NCBI GenBank assembly: GCA_002633005.1
Contig: NMRA01000090.1
Span: 985,453 to 1,049,452 of the forward strand
Length of the DNA: 64,000 nt
Reading direction: 5' to 3'
From: Phoronis australis
Lineage: Eukaryota > Animalia > Phoronida
Shown: positions 26,601-35,300 of the stretch, piece by piece
Layout of the letters: the number at the start of each line of letters is the position of its first letter
How positions within the stretch are numbered: the first letter of the stretch is position 1
Notes under the pieces: model-generated
What the model was told of the DNA's origin: nothing
Database searches by the model: none
Seen by the model: the letters and a program-made list of their open reading frames with translations, nothing else
Made by a program: the position numbers and the translations under genes

Positions 26601-26964
26601 CGAGCCAATCAGAATACCAGGGAATGCTGACGAATCATTGCAAAGACACACAGCATGCAGTTATGACATCGGCTGTTCATCGTCAGAGGCTTCTGGAAGA
26701 GGAGAGGAATCTAATGTAAATTGTGAGAGCAGTACTACTTGGTATCGTACACTAGATGATGCTAGTGATCTAAATGGTAGCATGTCACCAGGACAGACAG
26801 CTAGAAGTGAGCAAACGGAGAAACAATGTCTTGACCCATTGAGCCACAAACGCCAGTATTTGACAACAGAGGGCACTCACGCTGAAACTGAACCAGGGTC
26901 AGATGTTGTTGAGGATAGCAGATCAAAAACAAATGGTGGAGGCAAAAAATGTGCGATAATGTGA
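8576..26964 (+). CDS. TRIF/TICAM-like cytoplasmic adaptor: TIR + coiled coil + TRAF6-type motifs + RHIM + C-terminal CaaX (about 730 aa, 8 exons)
   Basis: Exons 8576-8606, 17448-17672, 18492-19102, 19783-19939, 20727-20907, 23034-23191, 24731-25030 and 26435-26964. All introns are GT-AG with matching phases (1,1,0,1,2,1,1). Total 2193 nt = 730 aa + stop with no internal stop. The TIR (GMVFYAAHDYDDAEKW...DKAMRRSTYWLFYLT...WSIIPIF...KTFNEKLYERLEREERWRTEK) resembles the TRIF TIR and its trailing helix. Exon 1 is the least certain. Confidence 0.82.
9086..9104 (+). promoter_or_regulatory. Candidate NF-kB/Rel site GGGAAAACCC within the inverted repeat GAAAACCC-A-GGGTTTTC
   Basis: Matches a known Rel/Dorsal-type site. 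Lies about 480 bp into putative intron 1 of the TIR adaptor gene. Function untested. Confidence 0.35.
9503..10215. repeat. Three diverged copies (+,-,+) of a unit of about 200 bp forming a long inverted repeat
   Basis: GATTTAATCAGTGTGAGGCATAATTTGCCAAAAAGCTTCC (about 9902-9940) is the reverse complement of GGAAGCTTTTCGATGAATTATGCCTCACACTGATTAATCC (about 10050-10090). 9503-9735 is a direct copy of 9990-10215. Confidence 0.7.
11230..11585. mobile_element. Partial copy of the 17864-18467 MITE family
   Basis: TAAAGTTT.GAAGTC.ACACAAC...TGTCTGACTTT...TTGGGATTTTT.C.AGGTCG.CAAACACAATCTGA is shared with 18310-18430. Confidence 0.65.
13592..14688 (+). mobile_element. Helentron-associated non-autonomous element (HINE/DINE-1-like)
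   Basis: Starts in a T-run. Sub-TIR ATGCGCCCACA (13597-13607) lies within a 5' hairpin, followed by a (GTCC)n microsatellite and internal degenerate repeats (CTAGTGGCAATTTTAG). The inverted sub-TIR TGTGGGCGCAT is at 14653-14663, then a 3' stem-loop CAACGC-TCC-GCGTTG and CTCTTGTT. Confidence 0.85.
15400..15725 (+). mobile_element. 5'-truncated 3' fragment of the same LINE family
   Basis: ATGGGTAGCCCAGTGTGTCC...TTAAAACCCCTAA and GCACGTCTGATGCAC.GCAAA match 37915-38185. Confidence 0.75.
16623..17220. repeat. 13-bp minisatellite (CAGCGTAGTGTAT)n containing an assembly gap
   Basis: Read directly; about 45 copies with variants; N run at 16764-16769. Confidence 0.95.
17448..17672 (+). CDS. TICAM-like adaptor exon 2 (SSGYAS motif, acidic linker, start of TIR)
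   Basis: TTTTCAG acceptor and G|GTAAGA donor. Open frame SSGSSGYASDLSRQ...GMVFYAAHDYDDAEKWIEDIRENVKLRN. Confidence 0.85.
17864..18467. mobile_element. Non-autonomous DNA transposon (MITE) in intron 2 of the TIR gene
   Basis: Ends CAGTGCT...AGCACTA are flanked by an AAATT direct repeat. Subterminal GGTCGCCAAAA repeats. A second partial copy lies at about 11230-11585. Confidence 0.7.
18492..19102 (+). CDS. TICAM-like adaptor exon 3 (TIR core + E/K/R-rich coiled coil)
   Basis: TTTTTTCAG acceptor and CTG|GTAATT donor. Lies within ORF 18458-19177. Confidence 0.9.
19783..19939 (+). CDS. TICAM-like adaptor exon 4 (begins PRETQW, a TRAF6-type motif)
   Basis: TTTTTCAG acceptor (phase 0) and G|GTACAT donor (phase 1). 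Confidence 0.8.
20727..20907 (+). CDS. TICAM-like adaptor exon 5 (RHIM motif)
   Basis: TTTAG acceptor and CG|GTGAGT donor. Encodes GGNLTVNIENLQIGNNNQVMK. Confidence 0.85.
21250..21588. repeat. 42-bp minisatellite, about 8 near-identical copies, intronic
   Basis: Unit ACCAGGTATACCCAAGATCTGCCCAGGCATATATTTGCCAGC. Confidence 0.95.
23034..23191 (+). CDS. TICAM-like adaptor exon 6
   Basis: CTTTCAG acceptor (phase 2) and G|GTGAAA donor (phase 1). Encodes DRLDDACITSVK...SPREQHENT. Confidence 0.78.
23928..24067. repeat. 17-bp minisatellite (AAATTGAYATACAGTAC)n, about 8 copies
   Basis: Read directly. Confidence 0.92.
24731..25030 (+). CDS. TICAM-like adaptor exon 7 (low-complexity, symmetric phase 1-1)
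   Basis: CTTTAG acceptor and G|GTAGGA donor. Lies within ORF 24643-25050. Confidence 0.78.
25620..25705. repeat. (GT)n/(GGGT) microsatellite
   Basis: Read directly. Confidence 0.95.
26435..26964 (+). CDS. TICAM-like adaptor last exon, ending in CaaX box GGGKKCAIM*
   Basis: TTTAAG acceptor (phase 1). Frame is open to TGA at 26962-26964 (ORF 26446-26964). Confidence 0.82.
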
Positions 26965-28919
26965 AGTGCTAACTGAAGAGCTATTGGCACAAGTGTACAC
27001 TTAAAATACCAAAAATAACTGGACAATCTCTTACTGTTTATTGTTGGCTGTGGCTCAGAGACACCTGTTGGTGGTTGATCATAGGAGAATTTGTGCATGA
27101 ACTAGTGGCTTTGGTTCGAAACATTGTGCGCTTGGACCTAGTTCAGCAAGATGTAGACAATTGGCGATGTCTTTAAACAAACAATTGGTGTGTATTGTGA
27201 GGAGTTATCTCTGTAATCTTGGGAAAATTGTGTGAGTCAGCTTGCCTCAGATATTGTTGAAGATGGTGGATTGTACAAGCTCAGTATAAATACTTCCATT
27301 CAGTATTTTAAAAGCAGGTAAATTTACCGTTAGATACTGCAAGATGATTGCCCGCATGTTTGTGGACTAAAAAGTTAGTTATTGGATGGGTGTTTGAGAA
27401 ACAAACATTTGTACTTGGCATGTTTGAAAAAATGAATCTTTTATTGTGTTACACAGGCTATTCGCGTTACTTTGATGTGTCCAACACATTTGTTTCAGGA
27501 TACTAGTGGCAAGATTTTTCATCTTATACAATGCAAGTAATGAGCATGGTTGGAGTTGAGTGATTTTGTTGGTTGCCGTTTGTCTTTAATGGGTTGAGGG
27601 TTTTGAAAATGGGCAGTTCCGAAGTATTTTTCCAGTCATGGAGGGCAGGTTCTCGGGGAATGACCCTTAATCTGCCTGTGCCTATCAAAAGGTGCTCAAA
27701 GGCTGTCTATGTTGCCTGTCTCGCTTTGTTCAATCATAGTCAGTTGTTTGTTTTTCTGTATTTATAATATAATAATGAATCATTGGTCTATGGAAATGTA
27801 TGCTCTGTGTAAGTAGATCATCATTTGTTATGCACACTTGGTGAGCGTTGGAGGCTGACCCAAGCTTTTTCTCAGTCATGTAATGATTTATTAAAATGTT
27901 GTGTGGTTACACCTTGTGGAAATACATGTAATAGGCGGAGTTCAGTGTCTAGCTCTGATACACTGGGGTGGCAAAGGAGCAATTCAGTTTTGGGGAACGC
28001 CGAAACGGATCGCACAATGCTTCCGGCGACTCAAAACCATCAGTGAAGTGCAAAGACAATTAATATTTTCCGAAATTTATAAACATTGCATTCATTTTGG
28101 TTTAAAATTTTTCCGATTTCGTAATGTACATCCAGTGAATACTGATATAGTGCGCTCTACGTAACTGTTTATCAAGGTACATGCAGGGTGGTTGCTTATT
28201 TGGTGTGGTTCTTTGAATTGAATTGAAACACTTGCCAGTGACATCTTTGGAAATCATTATTCCCCTAAGTCAGCCTATGGTTTTAATGACTTCAGTCAGA
28301 CCCCAGTTCTGTCTTCTCACTTGTTGATGCATCAATGGCGTCAATCTTGAAAGATAAATTCATGAATCAACTAAAAACTTGATTCTTATTGTGGGTTGTA
28401 TTTACCCACACTAATTATTGCGAAGTTTAGCTAGGTCACGCTTGCTCGTCCAGCGGACTCCGAAATGAGCCAAAATTTTCTCCTAACTTTTGAGGGTTGT
28501 CTAGGGTTACATACATGTAGTATCATTGTGTTTAATGGATTTGTGTGGGAAAGTCGCTTTTACTATGTGGTAGGAGGTCAAACCGGGTTCAAGTTTAATG
28601 AGGCAGGTCATGGCTGAAGCTGAATAACGAAACGCAGTACGAGTTATTGTTACAGCTAGAATTCTTTTCTTATGTACACTAAGTAACGAGGACCGAGATG
28701 GGACTAATTTTTCTAGCAATAGGCACGTACTGATAGATTGAGATCGAATTCTAGAGTGACGAAAATAGCCAAATGCACAGCTTGGTTTTGTTTGACTGAA
28801 GGCGTACGGGATTATTGCCCTTAGAGTCTCAGTACGGAGCAAATCTTGCACGGTAGATTGTGGTCTTGCGTAGTAAACCACGCCCGTTTGTTATGTCATT
28901 TCATTATTCTGTACATATT

Positions 28920-29075
28920 CATGGGCGGTGCAGCTCTGAAAAAATTGGAGGGGAAAGCCCCCTCTCTCCCGTGTGGTGCACCACCTACATGTATAGACCG
29001 TGTGCGGCTTAGCATTGAAGATAGTGGTGGGGCTATAGCCCCGCTCCAGCCCCCTATGGTGCACCACCGCCCATG
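28920..29075. mobile_element. Short GC-rich MITE (other copies at about 44374-44445 and 56460-56528)
   Basis: TIR CATGGGCGGTG / CACCGCCCATG. The internal GGGGCTATAGCCCC..CCCCCTATGGT is shared by all three copies. Confidence 0.65.
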
Positions 29076-29231
29076 ATATAATAAATTAATCGTCTTACAA
29101 CTTCTTGGCTATCTAAATTTCGTAATAACGTAAACAATAATAAGAATTTTCAGAATTCGGATTCAGGATAAGATTACATTATTTTCCAATGCGAAGGGTG
29201 GCGCTGCAAAGTATCGGGTTGAGTCAAGAGT

Positions 29232-29240
29232 TGCGCATGC
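29232..29240 (+). promoter_or_regulatory. NRF-1-like TGCGCATGC element in the probable SLC5 promoter region
   Basis: Lies in a CpG-richer patch upstream of a possible UTR exon ending CAG|GTAAT at about 29545. Confidence 0.3.
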
Positions 29241-29853
29241 CGTCAACGAAAAAGTGCAGTGCACACGTACGGAGTGTGACCTTAGAAAGGTGCTGGTACT
29301 AAGCGACATATCGTCTTTGTAAGGGAACTGATTATACTGAGATGTCTTTCTTACACGTGAGCTTGTTGGAAGGACGAGCCTCCGTTTCTGAAGTTAAATT
29401 GTCAGTTCACGGCGTTTCAGGAGTCTCAAGGGATTGAAATCGCCCAGAACCGAGGCGGAAAGAACTAGTCTAGTTTTCAGCTCATCGGACTTTTCGATTG
29501 TTTAGCAATATGCTAGTTAATTAGAGCTACCCGGCAGTTTTTCAGGTAATAGGCTACTTACCTTCTTTATAGAGGGTCAACTTTTCTTAATTAAAAACTT
29601 TCTGTATTGATAGTAAACCTCTGACTCTACGTGTTTCAAAATATTTTTCGTACCACAACGCATGTAAAATAATGCGACTGTTTCGTTTACTACAATTGTC
29701 TTATTTTTCAGGGAGATATCTGTAATTTCAACAGATCAGTTCCGCTTCAATTTGGTACCTTTGTGCTAGTAGCGGGCCAATGCTAGCCTGTTACCATAAT
29801 GAGAGCTTGTAGGACTCGGGTTGTTTTCCGGAGTAATATCTGCTTACGGATTT

Positions 29854-30013
29854 AGCATCACAGAGTTCTGTCGTTCAGTAACTTTCTCCAGACGTCAGCG
29901 GTACTGAACGTGCGGTACTGAGCTGGGCAGTTAACAAAACAGCCAGATGTTATGGCACGTTCAGCACCCCTCACGTCTGAAAAAGTTACTGAACGACAGA
30001 ACGCTGTAATGCT
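29854..30013. repeat. Palindromic MITE-like hairpin (arms of about 60 bp)
   Basis: AGCATCACAGAGTTCTGTCGTTCAGTAACTTT..CAGACGT..TGAACGTGC pairs with GCACGTTCA..ACGTCTG..AAAGTTACTGAACGACAGAACGCTGTAATGCT. Confidence 0.8.
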
Positions 30014-31498
30014 TCGCGGGTAACCAGCCTCTTCCCCTAAAGCCTCAAGATAGCGCTGATGGATTTAGTCATTTGAGGCTTGGTTATGGCAATTAAGGAT
30101 CGAGTGTACTAGTACTACACACCTTGCTTATGGGAAATGAAATGCGTCACAATTCTGACACATTTTTACGGAAATCGCCGGAATATCACGAATAACGTAA
30201 AGTTATGTCAAATTTTTTGCAGTATAATATATAAATGAAGACTAACGGTGTATTGCTGCAGTTTAGGTCTAAATTATTGCAAGTGATGTACTGATTCGAA
30301 AACATTCTTTGATATACTATAATAAAGAATTGAAATTAAGTACGTCAACAGCATTTTTTAAACAATTAAAACTATGCCTTCTGCTTCATGAAGGGCAGCA
30401 ACAACACCAGACCTGTTAAATTAATTATAACCTGCCTTTGTTTTAATGGGACGTCAAGGCAGCGGCCAATCGTTGCGCAGAAGTTGTTTCCCATAACGAA
30501 GCCTAGAATAGCTAAAACCATGAGCAGATAATTCTTTGCAGCAGGTGGCATTAAAGAACATTGTTTGTTTGATATGGTGAGTGAGGGGCAGCTTTACGAC
30601 GAGTGTATCAGGTGTAGACCGTAATGCTTTTCAAGCATATTATGTACTGTCTCCTCGACCTCCAAAGGTCGTTAATATCAAGGCCTTCGTCCCGGTGGTC
30701 AGACACGACGTTGCTATTTGACCATAAATCCCGGGTTCGCTTGTTTCACATGACTGACAATAAACTCAGTGGCGCATAGCACACGGACTTCAAACATCTT
30801 GTTAAACAATCTGTGCGGGGTACGAGTGGCAGTTTCTACAATGGTCTGGATGACGAAGTTTGACTAATTGCGCGAAATAATTGTCGTTGTCGAAGTCTTG
30901 AGTTGTGATCGTAAGTAAATTTTTGTACCGGATAATGTTTACCGGTGTCTCGCTGTTATCTCAGTCATATGAACAAGCCTGCTAAAATTTGCATGTTGTC
31001 GGATAACATACAAATCGGACTTACAACATACTCTGAAGTCGGAGCCCTGGAGGTATGAAGAATCGTCTATTTTCTATGATTGACTGAGTTCGTGGTCAAA
31101 GCCCGGCAGGGTACTGTAGGTACATGTTAATGCACACTAATTACTGCACATCTGTCCTTGTGCGATAAGACAAGTGGTTCAAAAGCTTTCTGTTGAACGT
31201 CTGTTTGGTAAGCGCCGTCTACGAGTGTTATTGTCAGCGGTTCCTAGCACAATCTTGTTTCTTATACCCGATCACCGAGTCCGGCATAGGTCAACAGGTA
31301 CAGCGGGCCTGCAATAGGTTGCTCAACTTTTAATTGAACTTTGGCCGAACACGAATCGTAGTTTGGTCTAATTAAACCTGTTCATTTTTGAGAGGAATTT
31401 TTGGCTGTAAAGCCACAAAGACTGGTGTTATAAGCTAATCAACATCACAACGCAACGGGTCATCATTTTGCGTTTTCCACTGGAAGAACCCATATTAT

Positions 31499-31652
31499 CA
31501 GGGACGGATCCAGGATCTTAAATTGGGGGGGGGGGGCAGAGTATTAGCCAAGATTTTGCCTGTCAGACATTCTTACCCCCGAACTGCCAAATGGCCGGGA
31601 ATCTGGGGGAATTTTAGGGGTGCGGACATGCACCCCTCTAAATCCGCCTCTG
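31499..31652. mobile_element. Short MITE CAGGG.CGGATC...AAATCCGCC.CTG (second copy at about 60965-61241)
   Basis: Inverted ends and G-runs shared between the two copies. Confidence 0.55.
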
Positions 31653-32220
31653 AATGTTTTCTAGAATTGGATAGATATGTCGTCCACTCAGTCACAGCAC
31701 CACCGTTTATTGATTTGTAAAGTAAACAAAACGTGACTAGATTTTTGTGTCACCCAATAAATGTACTCACCGACAATATTTTGCTAGTTGGTACATCAGT
31801 TTTAACCCATGACCTATTGCAAATTACTATTCAGTTAAACGAATTATAGACGAATATGCGGTATGAAATAAAATCGCACTCAAACTTTATTAATAGTCAA
31901 CGTGTGTATAAATACTAATAAAAATTAAACAACTTTCAACCTACCACTTAGTGACGTATTTTTTAGCACGGAATTTGGCTGATGGAGCCCACGCCGCCTT
32001 TTGTTAAGGCTGTACTCTTACGAGACACACGCGTTAATAGGCAAGGAACAAATTCAGACTAGTTTTAAGAGAACAAAAACTACCTGACCATGTCCCCCGG
32101 CAGACGTGCAGCGTGGAACCTTCATCCTGATTTCTGTAAAACCAGAACCATGGTAGAATTGCGACAGATTTGTTGAAATCCCGTTGTTTTCTTGTTTAAG
32201 GCAGCCTTTAATTTGGCACC

Positions 32221-32367
32221 ATGGCAATAAGATCTTTGTCGTCCGTGGACTACGTTATATGTGGGGCCATGCTGGTGGCGTCAGCTTCAATCGGCATCTA
32301 CTACGACTGCACAGGAGGGAGGCAGAGGACGACAGAGGAAGTGTTTGTGGGGAACAGGCAAATGACT
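32221..32367 (+). CDS. SLC5 exon 1 (coding part)
   Basis: MAIRSLSSVDYVICGAMLVASASIGIYYDCTGGRQRTTEEVFVGNRQMT followed by a GTAAGT donor. An acceptor at 32199-32200 implies an upstream UTR exon. Confidence 0.88.
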
Positions 32368-35300
32368 GTAAGTTGAACATCAGACATACAGATGGCAGAG
32401 CCAGAAAAGTTTGGAGTTAAGCCAAGTTGAGGGCTTGGAGATACCTGAGCGACCGAAACCGAGCTAATATCACTCTATATCACTGCTTGGCCCAAGGCTA
32501 TTTATATACGAGAGGACACGATGCAAAATTCAACCTTTGAGCATAATCTTGACATCCGATCACGAAGAAATGCTTAAAATGAGGTTCCAGTGCATGAGAA
32601 CGTAATTTATTGACATATCGCTCAAGAGCTAAGAATACTGCCTTAGGCATTACAATTCCACGGTGGCGGCAGGCGGCCATCTTAGATTTATCGATGACGT
32701 AAGCAAAACTTAATATGCCATACAGTGTTATTCCTGAACACTCAAAACTAGTCTGAATTTATATGTAAAGATGCCTTGAAATATTTGACCTTACTGTACG
32801 TATCTTTGTGTGGCATATTGTGAGCTTGACCTTTTCGCGTGACCTTGACCTCCAATCACAAAAGTAGTATCGGAATCGATTTTATCATACCTGAAAACCC
32901 ATAGTTTGATGCTCATTTTTAAAGGCATTTATGAGGACTTTCCAATTTAATCAATATGGCCGATATGGCGGCCATCTTGGATTTGAGGGTTATGCAGGCA
33001 AAATCCAGCTCCATATATAACTTTTCTGGATTAAGCACCCCAAAATTTGTTGAAATCAATCATCAGATCTGCATTACATCCAAAAGCCCTCGACAGTCAT
33101 TTTTTTGTCAAATTGGAACCTGACTAACATTCATGCGGTATAAGCATTACAAATGGTCTATACTTTTTAACAAGACATGGAACCACCAGCGTTAGGTACT
33201 TTGCACTGCAATATAACGGAAATTGGGCAATTTTCATCAGATATCTGTCCTCATTGACATAATTGTTCCATCAACCTTCCAGGTAGTTCCAGTCGTCCTT
33301 TCTCAGGTTGCCACCATCTGCAGCGCCATTGCTATACTAGGCACACCGGCAGAGGTCGTCTTGAACGGTGTTGGGTACTGCGCCTTCTCCTTTGGAATCT
33401 GTCTAGCCGGCGTCTTCAGTGCATTTGTTATCGTGCCACTCTTCTACAAACTACAATTCACAAGCATACTTGAGGCAAGTTGTCCTCTCCGAAACTAACG
33501 ATATTAACAAAGATGCTCATTTCAAGATTTGGTGCACATGTATTCAAGTGTTCTACATGTATTTGTGCGCCGACATATAGGCCTTCATATTTTGTGTTAC
33601 ATGTATATAAATATCGTCTGTGTTTGTGCGTCAGGAGTCTGAGCGCTCAAGACTGTATCTCCTAGTATACTCCTGGACGGATCGTAATAAGATGTGACAG
33701 GCCAGTGACAGATGGCAACCAGTTTTTGCCCCTTTTGACAATCTTAGTTTTTACGTTTTCCTTTACATGTATATCTTTTGAGGTCCTGGATAGATTTCCG
33801 TGGCAATTACATTGATATGAAGAGAACGATTTTACCTACCGATCCTCGGACGGATTCTGCTAATTCTACCAAATTTGCCATTTTCACAACTTTTTGAGTG
33901 CATTTCAAGGCGTCCCCCCTTTAGCTGCCAATCCTCGTTGAGGATATGTTTGCGGTGTATACTGGCAAATGTATTCCTGCTGAGAAGACTACGGCGGACG
34001 TTAATTTGCGGGCGAGGTCGTCTAATGTGGCGCCTTGCAATACCGTCTTTTTGGATGGCTGTAACTTCAGAACACCTTAATAGGATTTTTGTGAAAGTGG
34101 CACAAATGTTCCCCAACAAATGCCATGACGTAGGCCTATGACTTTCAGACGGAACCGGGCTACTGCTGCTTTACCAGTCAGTGACAAGTTTGTTTTTACG
34201 GCTACATGTCTAAATGTATCTTCAGGGACAGATTTTCCAATAATTTTGCAATCAGTTCTTTATTAGGGAGACGACTTCATTTTGGTATTGATTCGACATA
34301 ACCTGCGCCACCCAGCAGCCATTTTGTTGTTATTGTCGGGTTTTTTGCCTGCCATATAGCTGCCAAACTGCTGGAGGAGTCATTTTGGAAATTTTCACGC
34401 GTGGTTCCGCTGAGAAAACCACAGCTTACATGTACATTGATTTTGGAACGAGCACAGTGAGCGCCTCCTCGTGGCAATTTCATTTCTTGTATCCGTTCAT
34501 GGCTTATCTTCCTCACACCACCGCAGTAAATTTTGCCAAGAATTTCCCTACAAAAATGAAAACCAATGACGACAACATTACGACGGATCCGACTACTTCT
34601 TTGTTTTACCATTTGTTCCAGTCGCACAGTGTCGGGTGACTGAGAAATGTGCTGTGATTTCAGCTCACCCTCAAACAATTTAGAATTTAAGAACAAATGA
34701 TTTGATGACAACTGTTGTGGATCACATCTGTGGAATTTCTAGCAAACTTGCATTCAGAATATAGTCCCGAGTTGTGTCGAAAATTGGCAGGAAAGTGACG
34801 GTTGTAGGCTGAAGCGTACTGTCAAATTTGAGTTTTTGTCACATTTGCTCTGGCCCTGGCTTCCTTTTTGGGGCAAATTATGGGACAGGGCAACATGCCC
34901 GTGGTTATGTGCAGCGCTTTCCAAGGGAAATGACTCGCTGCTTTTAATTTGGGTCATGGTCTTTTCGAAATGTGTGGAAGAGAAAGGCGCAAAACTACGC
35001 AAGTGGTAAGCCTATGTGCCAAATCAAAGAGGACTGTTTACACTTTCTATGATAACCCAAAAATCCACGATTTATGCCCACATGGGTTACTTTTCCACCA
35101 TAAAATCCCATTATCTCTACTGTAACAAGAACCCGTTACGCTTTCCATTGTTTTCACTGCAATTTTGATTCCTTTCTTTCAGTACTTCGAAATGAGGTTT
35201 TCGAAGGGCATACGGTTTGCCACATTTCTCATGGTAGTGCTGGTTAAGGTTCGTGTTGATGTTTCTTTGTTAAATTTATGTCTGTTTTCTATAGAATTAA

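Noticed and set aside
30680-30745. tRNA/SINE-like A and B boxes (TGGTCAGA...GGGTTCG)
   Set aside because: No cloverleaf could be formed; at most a decayed SINE head.
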